Made by a program: the position numbers and the translations under genes
Assembly (NCBI RefSeq): GCF_000186885.1
Contig: NC_014972.1
Span: forward strand, 150,001 to 182,000
Direction of reading: 5' to 3'
Length of the DNA stretch: 32,000 nt
Origin: Desulfobulbus propionicus DSM 2032
Lineage (GTDB): Bacteria > Desulfobacterota > Desulfobulbia > Desulfobulbales > Desulfobulbaceae
Notes under the pieces: model-generated
Databases searched by the model: none
Seen by the model: the letters and a program-made list of their open reading frames with translations, nothing else
Told to the model about the DNA's origin: nothing
In this document: positions 8,025 through 17,666 of the stretch, piece after piece
How positions within the stretch are numbered: the stretch's first letter is position 1
Layout of the letters: each line of letters opens with the position of its first letter

Positions 8025-8750
8025 TTACCTGGCCTGGCGGTAAGAGGCATAGTGGCGCAGCACCCTGGCCACATAGGTTCTGGTTTCGGGGATGTTGGGG
8101 ATGGCGTCTTTGACCCGGCCCGGGCCGGCGTTGTAGGCGGCCAGGCTGAGGGCCACGTTGCCGTCGTAGCTGTCGAGCAGGGTACGCAGGTACCTGGTGC
8201 CGCCGGTGACGTTTTCCAGGGGATCGAGCGGGTTGGCCACCCGAAGTTCCCGGGCTGTGGCCGGCATGAGCTGCATCAGGCCCAGGGCGCCCCTGGCGGA
8301 CACGGCTTCGGGATCGAAGTTCGATTCCGTCTTGATCACCGCCTTGACGAGCAGCGGATCGACCCCGTGTTCCGTGGCAACAGACTCGATGGAGTCCTGC
8401 AGCGACCTGGCGGCCGGATGGTCGTTAGCCCGCGAGACGGTCGCCTTTGCCAATGCGTTCGGTCTGCCGGACAGGGAGTGCGGCCGTGGTCGTCGCGTCG
8501 AGCATCCAGGTTGGTGGGGAAGATTGTTCCTGGCCGGCACATAGTGGATTGCTCCGTTCCTGTCCATGGAGGCACAGACCGTTGCGGGTGCCTGGGCAGG
8601 CCAGAGGAGGGTGGCGACGAGCAGGAGCACCACAGGAACAAGGCCTCGCGTCTGCCACTCGCCCGTCTGCCAACCGGGGCCACCCTGCCTCTGCCTGGCC
8701 GTGCCCGGACCTTCTGCTGATTTGACTTTTTGTCGAAAAGTGCTAAGCAT
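8025..8750 (-). CDS. Lytic transglycosylase (SLT domain), conjugation-associated; start uncertain
   Basis: ESVATEHGVDPLLVKAVIKTESNFDPEAVSARGALGLMQLMPATARELRVANPLDPLENVTGGTRYLRTLLDSYDGNVALSLAAYNAGPGRV. Confidence 0.92.
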   Translation of the reverse strand: MLSTFRQKVKSAEGPGTARQRQGGPGWQTGEWQTRGLVPVVLLLVATLLWPAQAPATVCASMDRNGAIHYVPARNNLPHQPGCSTRRPRPHSLSGRPNALAKATVSRANDHPAARSLQDSIESVATEHGVDPLLVKAVIKTESNFDPEAVSARGALGLMQLMPATARELRVANPLDPLENVTGGTRYLRTLLDSYDGNVALSLAAYNAGPGRVKDAIPNIPETRTYVARVLRHYASYRQAR

Positions 8751-8826
8751 TCGCCATCGACAAAGGCTCGACCCGTGAACAGGTCAGGAGCCCGCTGGTT
8801 TGCCCAATCGCTGGGGAGGAGAGGCT

Positions 8827-9099
8827 ATGGCTGCCGATGCCAACTGGACCACCATCTGCCCGCATTGCGGTGCTGCCTCCGAGGACGATGCCATCTGCCG
8901 AGCATGCGGCAAGTTGCTGGACGAGTCGCAGCCGATACGACCTTTTTCCGCAAGGCGCGTCATCGACAAGGTAGTAGCGTCCTGGAGTTCGCACCCCACA
9001 CCTCTCGGCGGGCATCCTTTTCCTTTTATTGAAGAAGAGCCTGAAGTTTGTCCGTCTTGGCGCATGTATCAGGGCAATATCTATCATTGGGATAAGTAA
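8827..9099 (+). CDS. Small zinc-ribbon protein
   Basis: MAADANWTTICPHCGAASEDDAICRACGKLLDESQ...: paired CPHC / CRAC; opposite strand to the tra operon. Confidence 0.6.
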   Translation: MAADANWTTICPHCGAASEDDAICRACGKLLDESQPIRPFSARRVIDKVVASWSSHPTPLGGHPFPFIEEEPEVCPSWRMYQGNIYHWDK

Positions 9100-9123
9100 G
9101 CTGTTTTTTCATGACAGAACGGT

Positions 9124-12100
9124 TCACTTCTTCTTGTGGATTTCAATCACAGGACCGGGCTGACTGTCCTCAGGCCCTGACACTCGCTCTGCCGGGGCTG
9201 TAAAAAAGCCCTCGGAGGTCGGCCTTTTCCCCTCACTGTCCACCACCCCCTTGAAGACCTTGCCAACGCCCTCGGCCGCCATGCCCTTGGCGTTGGTTCG
9301 TATCCTGCCCCTGCCCGACTCCTCGTACCGGTTGACGCTGCGCAGACTGTCCGCGTCAGTGATGGTTTGTTTCCCATTGGGCTCACGCATCGGCACCGGA
9401 TGCGGTTCCTTGCCCTGCAGGTTCCCCTCGTTGATCCAGCCGGTCTTGGCGGTAGCGGTCCCGGCCGCCTGCTCGACATATCCCTTCATCATCTCCTGAT
9501 CGTGCATCCGGCCCCTGGCCTGCTGGATGGCACTCTGCACCTCCGCACCGGTGGAACCCCAACCGTAACCGTGGCCGCTGACAAAGCCGCTGACGATATC
9601 CTGCATGGTGTTGACGCCGGCCGGGCCTTGCCGGGTAACATAGCTGTTGAAGTCGCTGATGGTCTTGCGGATCGTTTCCGGGGTCTCCTCGCCGTAGCGT
9701 TCCCGGGCGTAGTTCCTGATGAGGGCGGTGGTCAAGTCCGCACCGTAGGACTCCTGCGCGCGGTTGATCTCCCGAGCCTCGTCGAGGATGGAGTAGGCCT
9801 CGGTGGCGCCGATGCGCTTGGCCACGTTGGCCAGGTAATCCAGGCCACGGCCATCGCTGAAAGTCTGCGCCACTGCCTCGGAGCGGACCCTGGCTTCGTC
9901 GCGGGCAAAGGCCTTGGCCGTGTCTTCGGAGACATTGAAACTGACTCGTTCACCATCACCCCCTATGACTGTCAATTGGCCGCTGGCGCCAAGGTTTGCT
10001 CCAATGATTTTGCCTCCGACACCCAACGCGCTTTGTAGTTGGGTTCTTTGGATTTCATCCAGCGAGTGCATAAAACTCGACTGATCGTTGAACGCCCGCC
10101 GCCAGTTGCTGGAGAGGCTGTTGTTGAGCGTATCGCCGTAGCTGCGGTTGACCCCGCCGGAGAGGCTGTCGCGCTGCACCTGCTGCCAGAGCATGCCCCA
10201 GTTGCTGTCGCTGCCGAGACTGTGGGCGGCACCGACCACCTTCTGACGCACGGCCATGGCCCCCACCCGCACCGGGTCGAGGCCATGCACCGAGGCCTGG
10301 GTGGTGGTGTGGTGGCCCGCGCTGTCCACCGCATAGGCGGCCTTGCCCGCGGCCAGGGTGTCCTCCCGGGTGCCGGCGCCGCCCGCCCCGCGCAGGATGA
10401 CGCTGGAGGAGCCATCCGCATTGACCCGCTCCGCCCGTGAACGGGTGAGGCTGCCATCCGGCCCGGTGGCGACACTCACCGGTCCGCTGGCCGTGCCCAC
10501 CTGCTGGTTGGCCGAGGCCATCATGGTGGCGAACTCGCCCTGGGAGGCGCCCGCGGGCACCTCACCGGACTGCTGCAGACTGGCGCGGGCGTTCATGGCC
10601 GCGGTGTGGCTGCCCACGGATTTGTGCAGGCTCCAGGCCGAAGCCGCGGCGAGGTTGGCGAACCGGTGCTCGGCCATGCCGTCCAGCAGACCGGCGGCGC
10701 GGACCTGCTGCTGCATCGCCCCGGAGAGACCCTCCGGGGTGAGCAGCCCGCCGGCATGACTGCCCGCGCCCTGGACAATGGCGCTCAGGTTGCCGGCCAG
10801 CATGGCCAGGGCATGGCCGCCGAACCGGATGAGCATCATCGAGAACAGGCTGGCGAGCATGATGCCGGCGGAGCGGATCACCCCGAACATGGCCAGCATC
10901 TTGGTCGAGACCGAGGGCAGGGCGGCCAGGGCGTACACTCCCAGGTTCGACTGGCGCACCTCCTCGAACCCGCGCGCGGCATAGTCCATGGCCGCGCCGT
11001 GGATCACCGCGTCGGTAACACCCCAGGTGGAGAGGAACACGAAAAAGCCGAGCAGGACCGAGGCGGCCTTGCCAACGATCGGCGTGGGCAGGAACAGCAC
11101 CAGGAAGGGGATCACGCCGATGGCGATGGCGGTCAGTATTGCGCGGATCACCGGGATCCACTCGTTCATGGTCAGGCCGACACCGAGACCGGAGGCGGTA
11201 ATCCTCCGGTCGCTCTCCATGAGCACCGCAGTCTCGGGATCGTCCTGAAAGTAGAAGCTGTAGAGGATCTCGGCGATCTGCCGCTGCTGCAGGAGCCGCT
11301 CCGGCGGCACGGCCGTGCCGGTGGCAAAGGTCATGGTCGCGTTGATCAGGTTGCGGCAGGTGGTCAGCTCGGCGCTGTTGTCCGGATCGAAGTAGGCCTT
11401 GCTGCAGACCTTGCGGATCGCCTCGCCATAGTTGCTGGTGGCGGCGTACAGGGGCCGCAGCTGGTTCCAGGCCTGGGTGCAGCTCATGGTGGCGCCCTCG
11501 GGGTGGGCACTGTCGTAATAGACCGTGAACACGGAGGGGTTGACCGCCTGGCTGAGGTTCGCGAGAAAATCGGTACTCGTGTTGCGCAGGTCGTCAAGCG
11601 ACAGGGTGGTGCCCGGCCGCATGAGTTCGAAGGTGACGCAGTCCTTGACGTAGCGGATCATGGAGGTGCGGGCGTGGTTATTCTTGGGCGTGGAGCCCTT
11701 GACCGCTTCCAGGGCCTTGAAGCCGATGCCGCCGGCGGTGCGGCTGTAGGCGGCATCGGGTGCGGCCGCGGTGTCTATGATGTCGACGAGGCCGCGCTCG
11801 ATCAGGTTGAGGGCGCCGGCGGTGAAGACAATGGCGTCCGGCAGGTCGCCCACGGTCTGGAACCGGTTGAGCACCGGGTCGTAGACGGTGAGGCTGCCCT
11901 TGGGCACGAACACGGCCAGGTAGACGACCGCGCCGAACAGGACCGGCACGGTCCAGGTGAGCGGGATGACCCGCGCGCCGGTGGCGGCCCGGGCGATCCA
12001 GGCGCCCGAACCAGCGAGTACACCCATGATGGTCATCACCGTGATCAGTCCCTGGTAGCCGGCATCGCTGAAGATGAGGGCAACCCGGGTGAACGCCTGG

Positions 12101-12219
12101 ACAATGGGGTTGAAGCCGCCGTAGGTGTAGTACTCCATGTCCAGGGCCAGGGCGGCCTCGGGTGGCAGGAGAAGCGCCAGCAGAAACAGAGCAATTGTCT
12201 TGTGCATCATGATTGTCAC
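9124..12219 (-). CDS. traG: TraG-like conjugal transfer / mating-pair stabilisation protein
   Basis: 1031 aa, position after traH, signal peptide plus MEYYTYGGFNPIVQAFTRVALIFSDAGYQGLITVMTIMGVLAG and multiple TM segments typical of TraG_N proteins. Confidence 0.88.
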   Translation of the reverse strand: MTIMMHKTIALFLLALLLPPEAALALDMEYYTYGGFNPIVQAFTRVALIFSDAGYQGLITVMTIMGVLAGSGAWIARAATGARVIPLTWTVPVLFGAVVYLAVFVPKGSLTVYDPVLNRFQTVGDLPDAIVFTAGALNLIERGLVDIIDTAAAPDAAYSRTAGGIGFKALEAVKGSTPKNNHARTSMIRYVKDCVTFELMRPGTTLSLDDLRNTSTDFLANLSQAVNPSVFTVYYDSAHPEGATMSCTQAWNQLRPLYAATSNYGEAIRKVCSKAYFDPDNSAELTTCRNLINATMTFATGTAVPPERLLQQRQIAEILYSFYFQDDPETAVLMESDRRITASGLGVGLTMNEWIPVIRAILTAIAIGVIPFLVLFLPTPIVGKAASVLLGFFVFLSTWGVTDAVIHGAAMDYAARGFEEVRQSNLGVYALAALPSVSTKMLAMFGVIRSAGIMLASLFSMMLIRFGGHALAMLAGNLSAIVQGAGSHAGGLLTPEGLSGAMQQQVRAAGLLDGMAEHRFANLAAASAWSLHKSVGSHTAAMNARASLQQSGEVPAGASQGEFATMMASANQQVGTASGPVSVATGPDGSLTRSRAERVNADGSSSVILRGAGGAGTREDTLAAGKAAYAVDSAGHHTTTQASVHGLDPVRVGAMAVRQKVVGAAHSLGSDSNWGMLWQQVQRDSLSGGVNRSYGDTLNNSLSSNWRRAFNDQSSFMHSLDEIQRTQLQSALGVGGKIIGANLGASGQLTVIGGDGERVSFNVSEDTAKAFARDEARVRSEAVAQTFSDGRGLDYLANVAKRIGATEAYSILDEAREINRAQESYGADLTTALIRNYARERYGEETPETIRKTISDFNSYVTRQGPAGVNTMQDIVSGFVSGHGYGWGSTGAEVQSAIQQARGRMHDQEMMKGYVEQAAGTATAKTGWINEGNLQGKEPHPVPMREPNGKQTITDADSLRSVNRYEESGRGRIRTNAKGMAAEGVGKVFKGVVDSEGKRPTSEGFFTAPAERVSGPEDSQPGPVIEIHKKK

Positions 12220-13649
12220 TGGGCCTGCACCCGGTCGGCCAGGTCCTTGCCGTAGCGCCGGGTGATCTCGGCGGCCATCTGGGACTCCAGCCGCTGCATG
12301 TGGTTGAGATAGGTGACGATGGTGTTCATCTCGCCCGCAGCGGCGATGTAGCTGGTCTTGGCAGCCTCCTTGAGCGAGCGGATGCGCCGGAGCATGAGGG
12401 TGAGCCCCTGGTCGGCGTGCTCAGCAAAGAGCACGGCCGCGCATTGCTCCGGTCCCTGGCCGCCGGCGGGACCGGCCTTCTTCTCGAGCACCTCCTTGGC
12501 CTTGGCGCCGATGGCCTCGCCGCGGACGTAGAGGTCGGAGAGCATCTGCAGGCTGTAGGCCTTGGCGGTGATGTCGGCCAGCCCGGGGATGACCGCGTCA
12601 CGGGTACCGGTGCCCACGGCGGTCTTGAGGATGGGCAGGGGCGCAAGCGGGTTGCCCTCGATGAAAGTCTGCTCGACCGCGCTCAGGCTGCCCTTGGCGG
12701 CCAACTTGTCGGCGATGGTGTTCAGTTTGCTGGTCACCGACTCGACCAGGTCGCGGCCCGCGTCGGTGATCCGGCTGCAACCACCGGTGGCGCTCTTGGC
12801 ATAGACCTCACCGTCGGTGAAGGCCTCCAGGTCGTCCGGGTTGTTCTGGGCGCAGGGCGGGATGGTGGCGACCCGGTAACCGTTGGCCGCCCCTTCGAGC
12901 TGGATATCACCCACCAGGCCGCGGAGCAGGTTGACGTGGCTGGTCGGGATGGACAGGCGGCTGCCGACGTTCGCCAACAGCGAACCGCCGGAGAGGAAGA
13001 TGGCGCGGATGTCGGCGTTGCAGCCACTGGTCACGGCGGCCAGGTCCGCGGGCTTGGGCTGATTGTTGTTGGCCCGGTCCTCCTTGGTGAGGATGTCCCA
13101 CATCTCGGCCGTGCCGCTCACCAGCTTGTTCTCCTTGATGGCCGTGCCGAGCCGCTCGCGCATCACCTCGGTGGAGTGGAAGCCGTTTCCGTCGGCCACG
13201 ATCCCGACCAGTTCCTTGGCCGCGGCGCACTCGTCGATCTGCATGGAGTTGAGCTTGTCGGCCAGGGCCTCGAAGTTCTTGATGGTGTTCGAGCACTGCT
13301 CACACAGGGTCTTCAGGGCCAGGTCAAAGGCCACGGCCGAGGCGTTGGTGAGGATGGCCTGGAGCTTGTCCACCAGGTAGTCGGTGTTCATGAAGCTGAA
13401 CCCGCCCATGAACACGTCGATACCGCCGCAACCGCTCTTGATGCGCGGCATCTCCACGGTGACCGGGTACTCGGCGGTGCTCCGCCAGCGGCCGGAGAAG
13501 CTGCCGCCGGCGTAGTAACCACGCTGCTGACCGCTGAGGTAATCGGGACTGGTGGTGGCCTGCTGCTGCAGCCAGTCGTCGACCCAGCCGGCATGGGCAG
13601 CCGGGGCCAGCAGGAGCGCGAGGACAAGGGGAGTGATGAGCAATCGCAT
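12216..13649 (-). CDS. traH: Conjugal transfer pilus assembly protein TraH
   Basis: MRLLITPLVLALLLAPAAHAGWVDDWLQQQATTSPDYLSGQQRGYYAGGSFSGRW...VEMPRIKSGCGGIDVFMGGFSFMNTDYLVDKLQAI; typical TraH. Confidence 0.93.
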   Translation of the reverse strand: MRLLITPLVLALLLAPAAHAGWVDDWLQQQATTSPDYLSGQQRGYYAGGSFSGRWRSTAEYPVTVEMPRIKSGCGGIDVFMGGFSFMNTDYLVDKLQAILTNASAVAFDLALKTLCEQCSNTIKNFEALADKLNSMQIDECAAAKELVGIVADGNGFHSTEVMRERLGTAIKENKLVSGTAEMWDILTKEDRANNNQPKPADLAAVTSGCNADIRAIFLSGGSLLANVGSRLSIPTSHVNLLRGLVGDIQLEGAANGYRVATIPPCAQNNPDDLEAFTDGEVYAKSATGGCSRITDAGRDLVESVTSKLNTIADKLAAKGSLSAVEQTFIEGNPLAPLPILKTAVGTGTRDAVIPGLADITAKAYSLQMLSDLYVRGEAIGAKAKEVLEKKAGPAGGQGPEQCAAVLFAEHADQGLTLMLRRIRSLKEAAKTSYIAAAGEMNTIVTYLNHMQRLESQMAAEITRRYGKDLADRVQAQ

Positions 13650-13666
13650 GGCGTCCTCCGTTGGAA

Positions 13667-14620
13667 TCAGGGGGTGACAGACCCCTTCCAGGGCGCTGGG
13701 GTGTTGAGGATCGCGGCCGGGTCCAGGGCGCTGCCCTTTTGGAACTCGTAGGTGGTGAACGAGTCCGGCCCGGTGTCGCCGCGCAGGAAGCGGATTGCCT
13801 GGGCGAGTTTGCGCTCGATCTCGGGCAGGGTGACCACGCCGGTGGCAATGGCCATGGACTCCTGACGGTCCTGGCGGATGAGCAGCAGGGTCGGGGTGAC
13901 ACTCACCTTGAAGCGCAGGGCCAGGTCTGGTTGAGCGGTGAGGTCCACCGGCCGCACCTGCCAGCCGTGGCGGTCGACGAAGTGGGCGAGGATCTCGGCC
14001 TGCTGGGTGCAGAACCCGCAACCCGGGGCGACGAAGAACAGCAGGGCGTGATCAGTGCGGGCCGTGTCGATGGTCCGGCTGATCTCGTCCTGCTGCAGCC
14101 GCACCCGCGCGGCCACGCCCGGGGTGGAGACCGGGTACACCTGGTTGAGGGTAAACAGGTCGGCCCGTTTCTGGGTGACGTACTGGGTGGCGTTGGCATA
14201 GGCCAGGGCCTTGCGCCGGGCGATATCCTGGATGGACAGGTACTCGAGGATGTTTTGTTCGGTCGGGTACTGGACCGCCTTTTTCTGCAGGCCGTTGAGC
14301 AGTTGCTGGAAGTCGTCCGGATACAGAGTCCACAGTTCCTCGGTGGAGTAGTTGGCGAGGGAGACATCGCGGGATACAGACTGCACCGATGGCACCGGTT
14401 GGTCCGGAGGTTGTTCCACCTCCGGTTCGGCCGGCGGATCCTCGTACCAGAACCAGCCGTGCTTGCTCTGGTCGTAGAACCCTGGCGTGTCTGCTGAGGA
14501 CCGGTTGTCACCCCAGGCGAGCGTGGCCACCAGGACCAGCGCGCAGCAGAGGCTACCAGAGCGGCAGGGCCTGATGGAGGATCTCGCGTGCATCGACAAA
14601 ACCAAAATACCTGCTGTCAT
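13667..14620 (-). CDS. traF: Conjugal transfer protein TraF (thioredoxin-like)
   Basis: GFYDQSKHGWFWYEDPP...LLFFVAPGCGFCTQQAEILAHFVDRHGW...VSVTPTLLLI. Start may be 14620 or 14590. Confidence 0.9.
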   Translation of the reverse strand: MTAGILVLSMHARSSIRPCRSGSLCCALVLVATLAWGDNRSSADTPGFYDQSKHGWFWYEDPPAEPEVEQPPDQPVPSVQSVSRDVSLANYSTEELWTLYPDDFQQLLNGLQKKAVQYPTEQNILEYLSIQDIARRKALAYANATQYVTQKRADLFTLNQVYPVSTPGVAARVRLQQDEISRTIDTARTDHALLFFVAPGCGFCTQQAEILAHFVDRHGWQVRPVDLTAQPDLALRFKVSVTPTLLLIRQDRQESMAIATGVVTLPEIERKLAQAIRFLRGDTGPDSFTTYEFQKGSALDPAAILNTPAPWKGSVTP

Positions 14621-15080
14621 AACTGCGGGGATGGGTGCCGACGAGGAACAGCTGTCCAGTCGGCACCGGACCGTTGTGGGTGAACCGCGGCAGCGGCCGC
14701 CCCTGGTTGTCGGTGGCAAGGGCCTGACCAAGCGGCCGGCCGTCGCAGGTGAACCGGTGTTCCGCGTCCACTTGCAGCCACCCGCCCGGCCGGCAGCCGA
14801 CCCGCTTGATCATCCGTTCCCGGTTCGCGTTCAGTCCCTGGCGGACCTGGGCCAGGTCGCGGTGGCGGAACACCAGGTAGTCGCCGGTCTCGATCTGTGC
14901 GGGCACCGGCCGGAGCAGGAAAACCCGGTGATCGAGGGATGCGCTGGTGGCCACGGTGATCTGTCCGGGCAGCCAACTACCTAGCAGGCAGCTGGCGAGC
15001 ACTATCAGGGCCACCACCCGCTCGTGGCGGTTCAGTCGCCAGTCACGGTCAGGGGATGCGGAGTTCGGGTTCGCGGCCAT
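14553..15080 (-). CDS. Conjugative transfer signal peptidase-like protein (S26-type)
   Basis: MAANPN...GDYLVFRHRD...MIKRVGCRPGGWLQVD...GQLFLVGTHPRSYDSRYFGFVDAREIL; S26 C-terminal box. Confidence 0.8.
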   Translation of the reverse strand: MAANPNSASPDRDWRLNRHERVVALIVLASCLLGSWLPGQITVATSASLDHRVFLLRPVPAQIETGDYLVFRHRDLAQVRQGLNANRERMIKRVGCRPGGWLQVDAEHRFTCDGRPLGQALATDNQGRPLPRFTHNGPVPTGQLFLVGTHPRSYDSRYFGFVDAREILHQALPLW

Positions 15081-15366
15081 TTTTGAGCACCACCTCCTTG
15101 AGGAGGATCGTGCGGTTGGGCGGCTGCGCCCGGAACACCTGCTCCAGCTGCTCCAGCCCCTGTTGCCACTGGGCCTCGGTGATCTCGCCATTGGCGAGCA
15201 GGGCCTGCTGGGTGCGGAGGTAGCCCTTCAGGTCAAAGGCCACCACCCGCGGCACGAACCAGCGGTCATAGGTGAACAGGCTCACTCCGGTGACCACCAG
15301 GGCAATGAGCACCACTTCCAGGTAGCCGGGCCGGACAGATTGTTTTTCTGGGACCAGTGGCGTCAT
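15049..15366 (-). CDS. trbI: F-type TrbI-like conjugal transfer protein
   Basis: 105 aa with one TM segment followed by VVAFDLKGYLRTQQALLANGEITEAQWQQGLEQLEQVF; syntenic position. Confidence 0.65.
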   Translation of the reverse strand: MTPLVPEKQSVRPGYLEVVLIALVVTGVSLFTYDRWFVPRVVAFDLKGYLRTQQALLANGEITEAQWQQGLEQLEQVFRAQPPNRTILLKEVVLKNGREPELRIP

Positions 15367-16157
15367 TGCCCACCTCGCAGGCTGGCGATCAGGCCAGCCA
15401 GTGCCGGGCTGTCCGCCGCTTTGTGGATGCGTTCGAGCAGCACGGCCAGTTGGGCCTCGCCCTGGACGGACCAGGCGCGGCTGCCGTTGTCATAGACCAG
15501 GGTCGGGACCTCGGTGACACCGTATTGCCTGAACAGCACCGGATTGATCCGCAGGGGTACCTGCACCCGCTCGCAGCTGTTCGCGTCCGTGTCCCGGCAG
15601 GTCGGTTCCTTCTGCAGCACCCGCTGGAAGAAGCGGGTGTTGCTTGGCCAGTCGTCCAGTCCGTGCGGCAGGCCGGCGAAGACCGGGACGACTTGTTCGT
15701 CACCGAGACGGGCGGTCCCGGCCAGCAAGCGGCGGAGCGCGTCCTCCCCCATGCTGCTAGAGAGGAAGAGGTAGAGGTGCTCACTGGTCGCGAGTTGGCT
15801 CGTCTGTTGTTTTGGATCACCGGCCTGCGTGGCCTTCAACGTCTCCGCGACCTTTGCCCGCTCGCCCTGCAGCCGTTTCTGCACGGCCGGCGAGGCGAAC
15901 CGTTCCATGACTTGTCGCGCCGCTGCCGTTCCGGCCGCAGCCTGGCGATTGGCGGGCAGTTCCATGGTTGTGGCCGCTGCCCTGGCCGTGTCGACCACCT
16001 TCTCCACCGCCAGACCGGCCGCCTGATCCCGGGCGGCTTCCTGCGCCTGCGCCACACCATCTTTGCTCTCCTGTTCTGTCCTGTTGCTGGCCCCGGCCGG
16101 CTGCACCGCGATCAGCAGGGCCAGGACCACCAGGCCTACTCGCAGCAGGTGCAGCAT
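15363..16157 (-). CDS. trbC: F-type TrbC-like conjugal transfer protein
   Basis: MLHLLRVGLVVLALLIAVQPAGA...LYLFLSSSMGEDALRRLLAGTARLG...VFAGLPHG...INPVLFRQYGVTEVPTLVYD; TrbC_Ftype pattern. Confidence 0.88.
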   Translation of the reverse strand: MLHLLRVGLVVLALLIAVQPAGASNRTEQESKDGVAQAQEAARDQAAGLAVEKVVDTARAAATTMELPANRQAAAGTAAARQVMERFASPAVQKRLQGERAKVAETLKATQAGDPKQQTSQLATSEHLYLFLSSSMGEDALRRLLAGTARLGDEQVVPVFAGLPHGLDDWPSNTRFFQRVLQKEPTCRDTDANSCERVQVPLRINPVLFRQYGVTEVPTLVYDNGSRAWSVQGEAQLAVLLERIHKAADSPALAGLIASLRGGQ

Positions 16158-17050
16158 CGCTGCCTCCGGTAAACGACCCAGAGGAACTCGTCGTTCGGGC
16201 CGAGTTCGCCCATGAACGGCGGGTTGGCGCCGGCGTCCCAGGTCGCGGTGGCCCGGCCGATGGGGTGCACCCCGCGGATGGACGGCCGGGCCAGGTTCAT
16301 CTTGTAGTGGCTCTTCACCCATACCGGCGTGTACGCGCAGCCGCACTCGGGTGCGGGGTCGCAGATGAGGCCGATGCGGTTGAGCTTGTAGAGCATCCGG
16401 TAGGCCGCGGTGGCATTGGCCTGAACGATGTTGTCATTGTCGACGTGGCCGGTCATGGGGTAGGTCAGGCCGCCGCTGCCCAGGCACCAGGGCATGGCGT
16501 CGAGTGGCCAGCCGGCGTTGGCCGCCACCGCGTCCGCGGTGCAGGCCAGCACCATGGCCTTGTTGGCAAAGAGCGCGGCCTCGGGCGTGAGCAGGGCCGC
16601 CAGTTCGTCGCTCTGCCAGAGCGGATCGAACTCGCTCCACCAGGTACCGTAGTCATCGCGGGCACAGAGCCCGACCATGAGCGGCAGGAGGAAGGCGTGC
16701 GCCTGGGCAAAGGTCGACTCGTTGGCCACGTCCACCGCGTCCGAGCTTTTGTTCTTGCCGCCCAGCTCATCGAGCAGCCCCCCACCCACCGACTGGCCGA
16801 GCATGGCCGAGTAGAAGGCCACCGAGGAGGTGTCGAGCAGCAGGAAGGGCTCCCAGTAGCTGACCACCAAGCCCGGCTCGACAAAGATCGGCGGTGGCCG
16901 CGGGCAGACGCAGACCCCCTCGATGGTGAACTCGATCTCCTCCCAGTGGATGTCGGTGAGCGGGTTGAACGGCACACCGGTCTTGGCCAGCGCGGGGACC
17001 GCGGTCAGCAGCAGGACCGTCAGAAGGAAACGTTTACCGGGGGCGACCAA
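16136..17050 (-). CDS. traU: Conjugal transfer protein TraU
   Basis: VPFNPLTDIHWEEIEFTIEGVCVC...PGLVVSYWEPFLLLDTSSVAF...GHVDNDNIVQANATAAYRMLYKLNRIGLICDPAPECGCAYTPVWVKSHYKMNLARP. The TTG start at 17050 is preceded by GGGAGGTG; the ORF track extends to 17095. Confidence 0.93.
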   Translation of the reverse strand: MVAPGKRFLLTVLLLTAVPALAKTGVPFNPLTDIHWEEIEFTIEGVCVCPRPPPIFVEPGLVVSYWEPFLLLDTSSVAFYSAMLGQSVGGGLLDELGGKNKSSDAVDVANESTFAQAHAFLLPLMVGLCARDDYGTWWSEFDPLWQSDELAALLTPEAALFANKAMVLACTADAVAANAGWPLDAMPWCLGSGGLTYPMTGHVDNDNIVQANATAAYRMLYKLNRIGLICDPAPECGCAYTPVWVKSHYKMNLARPSIRGVHPIGRATATWDAGANPPFMGELGPNDEFLWVVYRRQRCCTCCE

Positions 17051-17666
17051 GGGACACCTCCCGGATGACGAGTTGACTGTCCTGCTCGACCACAATTGAC
17101 GGCACGGCCCGCAGTTGCAGACGCTGGGCGATGTCCTCGGTCAGGTAGACGACCGGCCGGACCAGTTCATCACGCAGCGTTGCGGCCAGACCGCCGCTCA
17201 GCAGGAGCAGCACCCGGTGGTTCGCGCCATAGGGCGAGCCCTTGAACCAGGACACCTGCTCCGAGTCGCTGCCGTCGATGACCACCAGCGCCCCGGACAG
17301 GGAGACGTACCGCAGCGGGTTGAAGGTAAAGCCGGCCGGGTAGTGGATGGTGCCCTGCGCATCGACCAGGTCCTGCTCCAGGGTGTGGGTCAGATCCACC
17401 ATCGTGGTCGTGTCCTTCGTTGCCCGCGGCAGGACGTGCAGGTTGGCCGGCTGATACCGTGCCTGGGCACTGCGCAGCTGCTCCACACCAACGTTGACCG
17501 CACGCTGCCGCAGTTCTTCGGCCAAATCAGATTCGATGACAGCCGAGGTCGGCCCGACCGGTTCCAACTGCACGATCTCCCCGGCACGGGCCAGCGGCAG
17601 ACAGGCCAGTAACAGGGTGCCACTGGCAAGCAACAGGGTGACAGTCAGCATCTCAAAGCGCACCAT
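17034..17666 (-). CDS. traW: TraW-like conjugal transfer protein
   Basis: Signal peptide; VVIDGSDSEQVSWFK...DELVRPVVYLTEDIAQRLQLRAVPSIVVEQDSQLVIREV; position between traC and traU. Confidence 0.8.
   Translation of the reverse strand: MVRFEMLTVTLLLASGTLLLACLPLARAGEIVQLEPVGPTSAVIESDLAEELRQRAVNVGVEQLRSAQARYQPANLHVLPRATKDTTTMVDLTHTLEQDLVDAQGTIHYPAGFTFNPLRYVSLSGALVVIDGSDSEQVSWFKGSPYGANHRVLLLLSGGLAATLRDELVRPVVYLTEDIAQRLQLRAVPSIVVEQDSQLVIREVSLGRPR

Noticed and set aside
7844-8720. Plus- and minus-strand ORFs around 7751..8720 other than the transglycosylase
   Set aside because: No motifs; overlap the SLT-domain gene or the terminator region; 7844..8074 minus is compositionally odd.
10606-12255. 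549-aa plus-strand ORF antisense to traG
   Set aside because: Shadow ORF; His/Gly/Asp/Gln-rich and unlike known proteins.
12213-13751. 512-aa plus-strand ORF antisense to traH
   Set aside because: Shadow ORF in GC-rich DNA; low-complexity G/D/V/H-rich composition with no recognisable motif, while the minus-strand frame is clearly TraH.
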